Both the position numbers and the translations under genes were made by a program. 64,000 nt of DNA from Macrostomum lignano. Its lineage: Eukaryota. The notes under the pieces were generated by a model. That model did not search any database. It worked only from the letters and a program-made list of their open reading frames with translations, and was not told the origin of the DNA. Positions 1 through 12,761 of the stretch are shown one piece after another. Positions within the stretch are counted from its first letter, which is position 1. Each line of letters opens with the position of its first letter. Location of the stretch: contig NIVC01003987.1 in NCBI GenBank assembly GCA_002269645.1, positions 2,283 to 66,282 of the forward strand, given 5' to 3'.

Positions 1-212
1 GCGCGGTGCATCTGAAGGCTGCGTACGGCTGTTCAGTCCAAGGACTGGGGGGGAGGTCGCCACAGCCCCTCCTAATGGCAATGCTAATGCTGGCACCAAT
101 TTTACAGCTTGCTCAAGGACACAAATTGTTTCGAGTGGGTCGAGAATCGAACCTCCGACCTTTTCAGTCGTGAGTCCGACGCTCGATCTATAACCATTAT
201 AGGCTACAACCC
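1..212 (-). mobile_element. tRNA-derived CORE-like SINE (family A), cut by the window edge and internally deleted
   Basis: Collinear with 58764-58993 (GCATCTGAAGGCTGCGTACGGCTGTTCAGTCCAAGGACTGGGGGG ... CTTGCTCAAGGACACAAATTGTT). The minus strand has a tRNA-like head with a B-box-like GGTTCGATTC. It lies in the first intron of the phosphatase gene. Confidence 0.8.
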
Positions 213-257
213 TCTATAGGATACGGCCCCCCATTATTTTAATATTCAAATAATTAC

Positions 258-673
258 TTGAACAGACCGCCCCAGCCGAGGTCGGGCAGGGTCACTCGGT
301 GCACATATTGCGTCGCTTTTTTCGTTCCGCTGTCCACAAATATCGTAGAGCTGCCGTTGTACAATTTCTCTGTGGCATTTGGCGGCTGCACGCTCATTAG
401 CTGCACCTGCGACTGAGTGTCATTGCGCGTACTCCAGGTCACCACCACCGAGGTCTCGTTGTCGCCGAAAGACAGGTGAATATTTCTGGGCTCGAGGCCG
501 GACTCGGGTATGGGAGTGTACACGTACAGTGGAACCTCCGGAGATGTTGATTGGATGAACAGGTAGCCGGTGCTGCCCAGGCGACCTGTTGGCACGGTTG
601 CTGCCAACGTCAGGCAGGCCAACGCAGCGGTGAACAGTCGGCCTGCGATGCCCAGTTTAATGCTGATTGGCAT
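258..673 (-). CDS. Purple acid phosphatase (ACP7-like), first coding exon: signal peptide + N-terminal FN3-like domain; the gene continues beyond position 1
   Basis: Hydrophobic N-terminus, then PRNIHLSFG...VVVTWST...YVHRVTLPDL, typical of the metazoan purple acid phosphatase N-domain. The ORF ends at a donor-like AA|GTAATT. Confidence 0.75.
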
Positions 674-1778
674 GTCTTGCTGTGCTGATCAATAGCTGTA
701 ATGGCACTACAATGATGGTAGTCTTCTGCAATGCGTTTCTGAGAGTGCTAGCGTTATATATGCATGAGTTAGTTCTTATCGGGGAGCTTGCTGGGTCGTT
801 TCACAGCTAGCTTGACCCCTGCTACACCGCACTGCAGCCCATTTATTAAGAAAATTTAGTGTCATCGCTAGGTGGTCACGTGAGTTGAATTTGCTCGCGC
901 ACACTGGTGTCTCGTTTGCCCTTTGCAAAGCATGCAGCCACCCCTGCTTGGGGGCAGAATTTCTTCTTGCTGTAAAAATGTACATGCAAGCGTATACAGC
1001 AATATTCTGATACTGGCCTAGAAATTCTTCCTAGGGCTTTAGAGTTCAGTGAATCACCTCTTTATGTACCTGGTCGAACCACGCATTATTAAAACAGGTA
1101 CTGAATGTACTCGAGAATGTTAGAAAACGTTAGTGTTTAAATCAGAATATTCTAGCTTGCACGAACAACCTCCCCTCTCATGTATCTTGCTTAAAATGAT
1201 CAAATTTGCAAGTTTGCGAATGACGTAATTCTGCTGCATGTGAAGGCATCTTATCTATAGCTCAACCTTTCGATTTCTAAAATGCATTCTCGTTGATTTA
1301 TTTACAGATATATACACTTTCGAATGCGTAGACTAACCCATCGCGTTCAGTTTAAACTCTAGCTATTAAACCCCATGAACAAGCTAGAAAGATGAACACA
1401 TTTCCGTTAGCAGGATTTTTTGTTTTCGAGAACTGCCTGTTCACCGCCCTATTTAGTTAAGCCGTCGTACTTGTACGGCGATATGTGAAATCCATTATAT
1501 TTCAATGCACACTATCCTACTCTAGCATACTACTGATAGTAGAAATAGCTGGACAAAAATGGGACGCGAGATTGTTCGCGCAATGTGATAAAATATGCTA
1601 TGATAATTATGATTCCTACGCGAAGCTATGGACACGAAAGGCCATGTAGGTAAAGTCCCTGTGGTTCCCTAAAACATTGTGCCAATTTGATGTGGCACTA
1701 AAAAGTTAAATTTTTGTAGAAAGAATTGGCCGTATATGCGAATAGAATATAGCTGAATGGCGCGAGCACTCGCACAGC

Positions 1779-3037
1779 TCAAACTCCACTCTTGCACATG
1801 CCATGAGGCGCATGAATTGCTCGGTACTCTTTTGAGTACATGTACTCGCTACTGTAGTCTTTGTTCCTCGCCTCCCGTTCGAGTTGTGATTTTCGCTCCT
1901 CTACCTGAGCCAGCTCATCCATTAGCAATTTCTCATTCAGCGCATCCAGGTACCTTGAGTCCCGAATGACGCCGCTGTCCGACTCTCCGCTCTTGCCGTC
2001 CAGGATGTCGCAGACTGATTTGGTGGAGATGCCCGCCAAAGCCAGCGGTCGCTCCTGCAAGCTGGCCATTTGCCTACTTCTCTCCACTCCGCTGCGCAGC
2101 AACTCGTTGCGGTCCGGCTCCGGGCCCAAAGTCAAGCGAAGCGACTCGCACCACTTCAGCGAGTCCCAGGGCATCGCCTCCAGCAAGCGGGCCATGAAGC
2201 TGATGCGCCGCTCCGTCAGTTGGTCTTCGGCCAGTGTCTCGGACAGCTGGCTGCTAACATTGACAAAGTCTACGAGCAGGGGGCCCCACAGCTCGGCCAG
2301 GTGGGAAGTCATCCAGAAGAGATCGTGTGAGCAGGCTATGGTCAGTAGGTCGCTGAGATACGAGCCGAGCGCTGCGAACGATTCAAACTCAAATTCATGC
2401 ATCTGACCACCTGTAAGGTGGGTCTTCGCTAGAGTGACACTGCGGCAGCAAGTCTGTTGCAGGTGCTCCAGCGAGGTGTAATTAATTCGAAGCAATGGAC
2501 CGCGCTCTCGCAGGTACTTCATGAGGAATAGCAGCACCTGGTCTAGTCGGTATTTTCCTATCACAAACTTCAAGTGCGATACAGAGCCGCGAGAGATGTG
2601 CTCGGCCAAGTCCTGCTGGACCTGGTGATGGTTGCGGGATTACGGATTCAGTATGGGACGCGAGACAGTGGGATTCTGGACTGAGTTACTGACTTTCTGA
2701 ACTTGTTGAGGATGCGAAATTGTTGACCAAGTCATTTTTCCCTCACCTGCGAGTCCGGTCGCATCTCTTGAATGTAAAGCTCAATACCGGGACACAGGCA
2801 GGTCTTATTTGCCACCTTTTCGCCGCAATGTCGATAGTACCGGACATTCACGTAGGTGGCCTGCCGCAGGCGCCGGATGCATAGGTACACCACTTCGAAC
2901 GGATCCAGAAAGCCCGGCTGTTGGCACCATTTAGCTGCGTAGAAGGTCGGCGTTACTGGTGCAGTATCTGCCAGCTGACTGGCGCAGTGCGACGCGGCGC
3001 TTCTTGCAAAGTGATCTGGCAGCTGTCTACCTGACAT
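1779..3037 (-). CDS. Divergent RhoGAP-fold protein, 2 exons (3037-2747, 2621-1779), about 377 aa
   Basis: CAG|GTGAGG donor and CAG|GTC acceptor join the two ORFs in phase 0. Motifs P-x-VVYLCIRRL, YYRHCG, LMKYLRE-RGPLL and MTSHLAELWGPLL follow the RhoGAP consensus order. Acidic/coiled-coil C-terminus. Confidence 0.6.
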
Positions 3038-5289
3038 TATTTTTATCTGCTGCTACAGAGCTACAGAAATTAAATGGAAATTAACTGGGATTGGCCGTTG
3101 GGTTTCGAATAGACAAGGTTAAGACGCATGTAGTAACTGTAAGGTAGCGAAGACTTGTGTCTAGGGTCCGGACTACCAAAGGGCAGCAGGTACTTCAAAG
3201 CAGAGAGAAACATAGTAAAGTATATATAGCCATTCTATTTAAAGCTTCTTTCCATATATATATTGACAAGGATGAGTTTCTAGAGAACTACGAGTATAGA
3301 CTAAAGTTAGTTTATTACCCGTAATTTTGTTGCGAATTCTGGACTACGCAGGGCAATCAGTCTCATGAATACTTTTGATATAGGACCACGAGTTATATAT
3401 TAATGTACACAGTCCACGTGTGAATAGAATTAAAAGTATAGTACTTTATGATGTTTTATGCTTTATTTTGTAATTATATAGTATCAATAAAAACGAAATA
3501 CAACAAATAATTAGATCTTTTGCTTATGATTTTCATAAAAATCCTTTATGCAACTTATATCCAACTTAGCGATCGGACTACTCTCTAGCATCAAAATTTC
3601 TCACATTTTTATTTACAGTACAATAATTTTTGTTATAATTTATTATGCACTAGCTATACTAAAACTAGTAGATGATTTGCAGATTGCTTCTGTTAAAGTG
3701 GAGCAAATAGCAATGTAACGACCGAAGACCGAAGTTTATATACAGAACGAAGTTTGCCTTAGTGGGATGTCCACCGCCCCCTAAATTTTTAAGTTTAAGT
3801 TTGACTTGGTGGCCCACGCCCCCATAGTCTTAACGTTATATTTTCCTGTATTTTTTCAATTTTCAAAACTCCTACCTAAATCCTACTCTGTAATTTTTAA
3901 AGTAATCCATGCATAAGGTATCATTCTGTAGATGATGAATAGGTGCGTGAATGAGAGTATTTTCGCAATATGTTACCGTTTGTTTGCAAAGTTATTGATT
4001 TTTCTAAGAAAAAATAAATTTCCGGTTTATTCAAGTGTAACAAATTCAATTCCTTTGTAGATTTCAAGTACAGACATTTTATTTCTACTTTCTCTATTTT
4101 CTGGTATACATATTAAATCCGGAACGTATTGCGACAATTTTATTAAGCCTACTTTTCTTTTGCTGATGTTGATGAGTTGTGTAGCGATTTATCAGGATTC
4201 ACACGTAGTGAAGAAGTAGTGAACTGGGCGAGTTACAGGGAGCTGTCGAAAATACTGTCGAAAATCTGCGAACCATATTCAATATATTTAACTATTAGGT
4301 ATTAGAGCCAGCACAAAGCCAAGAGCGACGAACGACAAACCAGACAACCAGACCAGCAGCTTGATGGAAATTCAAAACGTTTTTAATGGTCATTTGAAAT
4401 TGAATATTAAGATTTAAACAAAATAATGAAAACTTTATCTGACTAACAGGTCAGCCAGAACGTGCACAAATACAATTAATTAGTAGAAGATTTAAGTATC
4501 AGTAAATTATTTTGCAAAAACGGTGTACAAGAACTCAAACCGTCACAGTATTTATACAATCAAATCAAAAGAATATCGGAAATGTGTAAAATCGAATTGA
4601 AGTCAAAATTGGGTTATAACGTCATATTTTCTAAATTAGCGATCTAAAAAACTGAAAACTTTTATGTTTTTACTTTAAATTGATGAGGACGCACTTTTCT
4701 CCAAATTTCACGCTCGCACATGGGCTCCAAACTTGCTAGCCTACTAACAACATGCCTTTAATTTTTAAGTAACTTTTCTAGAATTCATACTAGTAGGACT
4801 TTTGTAGCTATATGAATCTGCCATACTTGTAGTCATAATAACATAGGCGCGGTTTTTTGCTGCTTTTGGGGTTATAAATCATTGCTTTTGAGCTGGTCTG
4901 ACAGCCACCTGCGCCTCACTCAAGCTGAGGCTGGCGCCAGCCGCCAGATGGTCTGAGAGGACGCGGGCGGTATAGCTTTTTTCTCATCATTTTTGACAGG
5001 CCATCAGATTTATGAGGTCAGGGCCTATTGTTCGTGTTCACTCAAGCGTTTGACAGCTTTGACAGCTATGCGTTTTACCCCTAAAAGTACTTTGGGATTG
5101 GCGATTAGCGATTTCTCTTCACCATTTTCACTTTCTACTTAATAAGATCTTTCTATTCCATATTTTTTCATTAATTTTTGTCATTCCTACGCGAAAGGTC
5201 AAAAATCATTATGTAGCGATTTTGAGTGATTTATGGCAACACCTGGCGTATTTTTATGGCACTGAGGGAACTAATAGGATCTTCTGGTC

Positions 5290-5425
5290 ACGTGAGTTTG
5301 GGTGGCAACAAGCTCAGCCAATCAAAAAATTCGACGTCAGTTATAACAAATCGGCTCAGCCAATCAGCGTCGAAGTTTTCCATTATATCAAAATTTTCTG
5401 TCCAGTTGGCGGCTATTTAAACCGG
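5290..5425 (+). promoter_or_regulatory. Pol II promoter-like cluster (2 CCAAT boxes, CRE-like GACGTCA, TATTTAAA), possibly the promoter of an LTR or other TE remnant at about 5.2-6.6 kb
   Basis: GCTCAGCCAATCA occurs twice (about 5311 and 5353), followed by GGCTATTTAAA at about 5410. No host ORF follows. Confidence 0.35.
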
Positions 5426-7150
5426 TGTTTTTGACCCGCTCGGACCTCAACCTCCAGGGACTTTGGCCTAACTTAGACCTCCTGAAGCTCGACCGTCGTC
5501 TCTTGATCCCCGGATCGCGACTCCCGCCGTCATCATCAAGGACGAATTCCCCCGGTCGTCAGCAGCGAACATCAAGGTTAAGATCATCACCTGCTAGCTA
5601 TCTGCGAAGACTGTGACAGCATCATCCCGGGTCTACAGCTTCGAAGCAGTAAGCCGATTCGGTCACTGTGGATTACCTGCATGGTCTCCGGCTGTTGAGT
5701 TTCTGATTGGTTGGGTGAGAGGCTACCTAAACTTGCTTGATTGGGTGATCCTTTATCTGTCTCCTGTTTCAGTAGCTGGATTAGGCGTACACTTTTGCTC
5801 ATTTTGTTCAGTAGTGCTGTTATTGAGGCAGTCATTCAATAATACTGTTAGTAGTCTGAAACTCCAATTTAATCTGAGGTGTGAAGTGAATCAGTGAGCA
5901 AGTTAAATCTAACAGTTATTTTTGTCGGTTTTATTTCTTTCTTCGCCGATGGCTCAGATGAGTGGCTAAGCTAATAGGCGCCGGTCACAGAGTGGACCAA
6001 TGGCAAGGCAGTTCTCAGTCGATCAATCTATCAAATCAGTGAGCAAAGTTGCCAATAGTGCAGAATCGGCGCCAGAGATGTACTCTGTGCACTCTAGGTT
6101 TGCCAAGCGGCTCGGGTGATGAATCATACGGTCTCTGAGGTTCGAGTTAGCCTATCATAAGCGCTACGAGAGGCTGGTTGGCGCGTTGAAGGCCAAAAGT
6201 ACAATTCCTCGTATTTAGCAATGTAATAGTACATGTAGCTGCCCCATAGTCTGGCCACTGCCAGAATCCCCTGCACAAGTCCCCTCTGTACCTGCATGGC
6301 CAATGCGATCAAGTCCCAGCAGTGTCCCTTATAATCATCGGCTATGACCTCGAGATTGACAGCAAAAAGACACTAGTTGACAGGTACAGGTAAGTGCTAA
6401 GCCCCCTCTAGTCGGAAGCCCGATTTCGAAAGTTCCGGTTTGGTGAGCCAGGACGCACGGGCTGGTGGCAGCGGGTTAGTTAATCTGCGGATTAGCTGAT
6501 CTTTACCTTCAAAATTCTCCCTGCTTGTCTCTCGCTGTCCCTCTCTTAGCTATAGGACCTAGACTGCTCGCCACACGATCAAGCTACCATGGGGCTGACC
6601 ATCTGACAGGAGTGGGGGGCCAGGACTCAAATTGATTTATTTCTGAGACCTGAGGCCCGAAGACTTCCCGAAAGGGGCCGAAAAGGCCGAAACCCATCAA
6701 AATTATACACCTAAATGCTTGCTACAAAATCACACCAAGCATGTTGCTACAAGTATATGTGCAGAAATCGGAAATATATGCATCCAAAGTTTAAAAAATC
6801 AACAAAATTAAAATACACCGCATTTTTCAATATTTGACAAACTCCTGTTCCCCTAGCTATTTTTCAACCAATACATGTAAGGTGTCCTTTTGTAGATAAT
6901 TGATAGATTTATAATGCATCATTAGATTCTTTTTGCAATAGGTTTGTATGCAAAGTTTTTGAGATATTTGCAAAAAATCAAAATGTCGTATATTTGAATT
7001 TTGAGTACTTGAATTGGGTATTATAGGCAGAGAAAAATTAACGCTTTTATACAAAAATCTAAATATCATTCAATAAATTCCCTGTGATTTTAATCGATAT
7101 ACATAATTAGATTATTTGCAGCATAGAGCAGTTGCTAATATGGGATAGCA

Positions 7151-7374
7151 ACGTTTGTCAGCCGACGTTTGCCAGCCGACGTTTTCCAGCCGACGTTTGC
7201 CAGCCGACGTTTTCCAGCCGACGTTTGCCAGCCGACGTTTGCCAGCCGACGTTTGCCTGCGGGATGTTTGCCAGCCGATGTTTGCCAGCGGGATGTTTGC
7301 CAGCGGGATGTTTGCCAGCCGACGTTTGCCAGCCGACGTTTGCCTGCGGGACGTTTGCCAGCCGGACATTTGCA
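7151..7374 (+). repeat. 14-bp minisatellite (CCAGCCGACGTTTG)n
   Basis: About 16 visible tandem copies; explains the overlapping spurious ORFs. Confidence 0.9.
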
Positions 7375-8067
7375 GGCGGCAATTGGTTAAAGAAGTACGC
7401 CCTCTCTAGGCTTACATGTACTTGCATTTAAAAACTGTGGACATAGCACTAATCTAATTCCACCTCGCTCCCTACTACTGCTATTGAATAGAATATACAG
7501 GTTATGAGGTTACTAACAAACTACTGTTCAGGCTTATTGAAGTTATTATAAATACTCTGAAGAAGTTATTGCTCGTGTCTGCCTAAATATAAAGGTAAAA
7601 ATACAAAATAGGAGTTTCCATTGTCACGGTTGATGTCTATGTATGCCATGCATGGAATCTGGAATGGCCTTTTCCATCTCAGTGGCCAAACAAGCTAAGT
7701 GTTTACAAGCTAAATGGGAAAAGACAGACATCCATAATGGTATTGGCTTAGTCTCGCCTGTATATACTTAACTCAAAAGCCAAACTCTGCTTAACGGAGT
7801 TTGGCCATGACAGCGTGCACTTGACAAGCTGCATTGGAATTAATTCGCTTACTTTTGGATCTCCCAATGAACTGGGAAATATATAAGCCAGAATTATCGT
7901 TCAGCAGTTCTTTTATTTGCCCAAAACTTGGCTCGTTGGAGTTTCCCGTTTAAATTTGCGTGTCTTCATTCGCAAATCAAAAATCAAACATCTCAAACTG
8001 GGAAAAGCAATAAAGCCGTCAGAAGTAAACTTTGTAATATTTCCACATTCAAAGAAATTGTTGTTAA

Positions 8068-8223
8068 ACTGGCAAACGTCGGCTGGCAAACGTCCCGCTG
8101 GCCAACGTCGGCTGGCAAACGTCCCGCTGGCAAACGTTGGCTGGCAAACGTCCCGCTGGCAAACGTTGGCTGGCAAACGTCCCGCTGGCCAACGTCGGCT
8201 GGCAAACGTCCCGCTGGCAAACG
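8068..8223 (-). repeat. Same 14-bp minisatellite in inverted orientation (CTGGCAAACGTCGG)n
   Basis: Reverse complement of the 7151-7374 unit. Confidence 0.9.
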
Positions 8224-8948
8224 ACGGCCCACTAATATCTGCGGGCTATATATTTTCCATTAAAAGGGCCGTTTTAGAGGTTTTATCATTTTTCGAATAC
8301 AAATAGTGGTATCAAATTTCCGTTTTTGTTATTTCATCTTAAAATTCCATCTTTTCTACGAATTTTGACATCTGGCACAAATTAACGCACCGAACTTGTA
8401 AAATTTTGGAGCAATTTTGTTTCGAAATTCGCCATCCAAAATTGTTCCCTGGACTGGACCTCACTGTCAGTGTCAATGTCAACTCGTTTCGGTCGTACTA
8501 GCACCGAGTAGCGCAAATGGGGCACGGGTAGGGCTAGCCTTGTGTGGAATGTGGATTTAAGGTGGATGGATCCACTTGGCTAGCCGCGGGCGTTTTCTAC
8601 TAGTGAATTTACACGGCTAGCCGTCAGGCGCGAGCCGTGGAGGGGAGGGGAGGGGAGCAGGGGAGGGGTGGAGCTATCATAAGCGTACGTTACAAACCTA
8701 ATGTACACCATTATCAGATTTACACTAGCTTACGCGGGGTAATGTACACAAGCCTCGGGGGGGGGCGGAGAGGGGGAATCATTTTATTGCTTTCTTTGGT
8801 TTGGTTTTGCGGCTGGCCAACCGCACAGTCTAGACTCTGGACTTAATTATATGTAGTAAACAACTTTGAATTTCTTTATCTGAATCGTAGTCCATCCATA
8901 GAAAGGAAAAAGTAATAAGAAAGTTTCTTAGCTGCTTTCAAAAGTATA

Positions 8949-10387
8949 ATGAGCAGTTTAATCGAATATTTACGAAGCCTTCGAAAGGCCACAAAGCCGG
9001 GAGCTGAGGACACCACTGACCGCCTAAATTTCGTGTGGACTCCAATGCTTCTAATCTTGTTCAGCCTAGTCGTTTTCGGCAAGGAATTTATCGGCCGGCC
9101 TATGCACTGCATATTCTCCGGTAATCCGCAGCATCATCCGTCTAATTTTATAGATTTTGCCGAAAGCTACTGCTGGGCTCACGGGACGTATGTCTACTCG
9201 AAGGATGCTATAGTAAAACTCACTGGATACAGGAGTTCTGAAGAACAAGAATACTACTGGGATCATACTATTTCTAACCAGCTCCTCACTTATTACCAGT
9301 GGGTACCGTTCGCTCTGCTACTACAGTGCATTGTCACTTATCTACCAAAATTAATCTGGCAGATGATTTGCAGCCGGCGTTTCGGATCAGACATCTATAG
9401 TCTTGTTAGCCTAGCAGCCGAGGCTAAGACCAGCACTGACAATGACTTCCGTGAGCAGGCGTCTCGCATTGCAGACGTTATCGAACGAATGCTAGTTTAT
9501 AATCGAGAGTTCCGGAATGGCCGACTGCAACGGATGAAGTCTGCTTTGTATAATCGGTGCAATTTTCTAGTGCCCAGTAAGCGAATGGGCACTATGCTGA
9601 CTCTGCTGTACATGTTGGTTAAGCTGCTGTGCCTTGCCAACGCGATGGGCCAGCTAATGTTCATGTCCGCCTTTCTCGGCTTCCAACAGCTGGGCTTGCA
9701 GGCCTACGGCTCCGCCATGTTGCAGCACGCAGTCAGCGCTCGCGGACTCTGGCAATCCACTATGCTATTCCCGCTGCACACCCTGTGCTATATCCGCCTC
9801 CGACTGGATCCCGGAGCTACTAACGCCTATATCGGACAGTGCACCCTGCCAGTTAACATTCTCAACGAAAAGATCTATATATAGTTTTGTTTTTCTGGTT
9901 CCTAATGCTGACTTTTGTCACGCTAATCAGCATTGGAGTGTGGCTATTCCGACTGCTGTGCACTTGCAATCAAGTGCAATTTGTCAAGCGCTTCTTGCAC
10001 CTGTCCGATCCCAGCCTGCAAGCTGACCGTTCTTCTGTTAAATCCTTCGTATCCAAGTTTCTACGTCACGACGGCGTGTTTCTCGTGCTGATTCTGAGCG
10101 AAGGCTCCGACAAGATCATCACTACTGAGGTGGTCCGGCTGCTCTACCAGAGATGGCGTTGCCAGCACCGCGGCCGCGATCTGACCAGAGGCTGCGAATT
10201 CTCCGACCTCACCGACAAAGTGTCGGCCGCCGACTGCGGCAGCGGCGGCGACGGCGGCGGCGGTGTCGGCTGCAAGCTACCAAAGGGAGGCGGCCGCGCC
10301 GGCGACGAGCCTTCAACTTGCAAAATGCGATGCACCAACAATGTCTATGGCATTGCAGGCGATGAGAGCGGACTGTTGGCTGTGTGA
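8949..10387 (+). CDS. Innexin (invertebrate gap-junction/pannexin family), intronless, interrupted by a 2-nt insertion at about 9878-9882
   Basis: FAESYCWAHGTY, YYQWVPFALLLQ, YLPKLIW, CTLPVNILNEKIYI, FLRHDGVF. ORF1 stops at KIYI*. Removing one TA from TCTATATATAG gives NEKIYIVLFFWF in frame with ORF 9887-10387. Confidence 0.9.
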
Positions 10388-10504
10388 TGTCAATCGTCAG
10401 CGCTCGTGTACTGATAGTGAGTCACTGTGTGTACGGGGCTGCTCAGTTCTTATCAAAGTTATCCTAGCTAGAATTCCCAGTGTCTCTCAATTATCCTTGT
10501 GTCG

Positions 10505-11790
10505 CTGAATTCCCCCATTCACCATGCCCAATGTCCATCTGAATTCCTCCACCAATTATTCACTAAGCCCAATGTCCATCTGAATTCCTCCACCAATTAT
10601 TCACTAAGCCCAATGTCCATCTGAATACCCCCATTCACTAAGCCCAATGTCCATCTGAATTCCCCCATTCACCATGACTAAGTCCATCTGAATTCCCCCA
10701 CCTGTTATTCACCATGCCCAATGTCCATCTGAATTCCTCCACCAATTATTCACTAAGCCCAATGTCCATCTGAATTCCTCCACCAATTATTCACTAAGCC
10801 CAATGTCCATCTGAATTCCCCCACCTGTTATTCACCATGCCCAATGTCCATCTGAATTCCCCGTTTCACTAAGCCCAATGTCCATCTGAATTCCCCCATT
10901 CACCATGCCTAAGTCCATCTGAATTCCCCACCTGTTATTTACCATGCCCAATGTCCATCTGAATTCCCCCACCTGTTAATACCATGCGCAATTTCCATCT
11001 GATTCTGAATTTCTCTACCCCCATTCACTAAGCCCAATGTCCATCTGAATTCCCCCATTTCACCATGCCCAATGTCCATCTGAATTCCCCCATTTCACCA
11101 TGCCCAATGTCCATCTGAATTCCCCAACCCATTATTCACCATGCCTCATGTCCATCTGAATTCCCCCACCAATTATTCACTAAGCTCAATGTCCATCTGA
11201 ATTCCCCGTTTCACTAAGCCCAATGTCCATCTGAATTCCCCGTTTCACTAAGCCCAATGTCCATCTGAATTCCCCCATTCACCATGCCTAAGTCCATCTG
11301 AATTCCCCACCTGTTATTTACCATGCCCAATGTCCATCTGAATTCCCCCACCTGTTATTCACCATGCCCAATGTCCATCTGAATTCCCCCACCTGTTATT
11401 TACCATGCGCAATGTCCATCTGATTCTGAATTTCTCTACCCCCATTCACTAAGCCCAATGTCCATCTGAATTCCCCCATTTCAACATGCCCAATGTCCAT
11501 CTGAATTCCCCACCTGTTATTCACCATGCCCAATGTCCATCTGAATTCCCCCATTCACAAAGCCCAACGTCTATCTGAATTCCCCCATTCGCTAAGCCCA
11601 ATGTCCTCTTAGTGAATTCACTAACCCCAATGTCTATCTGAATTCCCCCATTTACTTAGCCCAATGTCCATCTGAATTCCCCCATTCACTAAGCCCAATA
11701 TCTATCTGAATTCCCCCATTCACTAAGCCCAATATCTATCTGAATTCCCCCATTCACTAAGCCCAATCTCTATCTGGATTTCTCATTTCC
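10505..11790 (+). repeat. 34-40-bp minisatellite (ATGTCCATCTGAATTCCCCCATTCACTAAGCCCA)n
   Basis: About 35 degenerate tandem copies immediately 3' of the innexin. Confidence 0.9.
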
Positions 11791-12358
11791 CTAGCCTTAA
11801 CTACATGTGTAACATCAAGCAATCAACAATGCAATTATTATCTTATAAGTCTTTTCTGTCTGTTTTGTTTACTCAAGTTTGAAATCAATTTGAATTGGTT
11901 TGTGCTCAAACTTATTGCTGTTTTATTACACGTATATGTACTTATGCAGTACTTGGTGCTTTAATGAACTGCTCAAATACTTTAATACCATTTTTAGTAC
12001 TCGTGGTAGCCGATCTTTAATATCGTAATTAAAAATTTATACGAATCGATAATCAGCCAAATATAATCTGTTTGTTTCTATCGTTCAATAAATTCGTTCA
12101 CTTTCACTCTAGTTATTGTCTTATTTCTTGATATTACATTAAACTAGTACATGCATTTACGAGCTACATTAAAGAGTCCTTGACCTGAGCCCAAGTGAAC
12201 AACAGCTCCAAAGAATTTCTAACATTGCTCTATAATTAATTACCTAAAAACTGTTACAGACACAGACAAACTGTTTATCTCATCGCTATTCTGACTGACG
12301 GCGCTGTAATTTGCAAGTACAATACTATACGCGTACGTTTTTATAGTAAAGTAAATAC

Positions 12359-12761
12359 CAGGCGCATCGCCATCGGGGGGGGGGGGGGGCAGGGGGCATG
12401 TCCCTCTCCCCCCCAGTAAAAGCTATGGGGGGACATTCCAATGCTTCGTGCCCCCCCCCACCCCACCTTGTGACTCGTAATCAATAATTTTTTCAGGGCG
12501 CCAAAATATAGCGCCTAATGAGTGCCTACGGTGCTAAAATGAGTGGCTGCGGCGCTTAAAGGAATGCCTGCGACACCAAAATGAGTGCCTGCGGCGCTAA
12601 AATGATCGAGTTCCTGCGGCGCTAAAATGAGTACCTACGGTGCCAAAATGAGCGCTGACAACACGACTCTCAAAATAATGGAAATGTAGGAATTTAGTCA
12701 TGTAACATGTTGATTTCTTGGCTTTGTCCCCCACCATAAAATCCATGGCGATGCACCCCTG
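12359..12761. mobile_element. hAT-type MITE with 8-bp target-site duplication
   Basis: TIRs CAGG--CGCATCGCCAT / ATGGCGATGCACCCCTG, flanked by an exact GTAAATAC direct repeat (12351-12358 and 12762-12769). Confidence 0.85.

Noticed and set aside
1757-2406. Plus-strand ORFs overlapping the RhoGAP-like gene (and similar antisense ORFs over the ankyrin, GPCR, BBS2 and GLE1 genes)
   Set aside because: They are shadow ORFs expected opposite GC-rich coding sequence.
6124-6312. Reverse-transcriptase fragment (SAYDRL)
   Set aside because: Only a weak few-residue resemblance, with multiple stops in all frames and no other RT motifs.
9870-9895. Programmed -1 frameshift or stop readthrough in the innexin
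   Set aside because: There is no X XXY YYZ heptamer, and readthrough of the TAG stays in the wrong frame. An indel is simpler.
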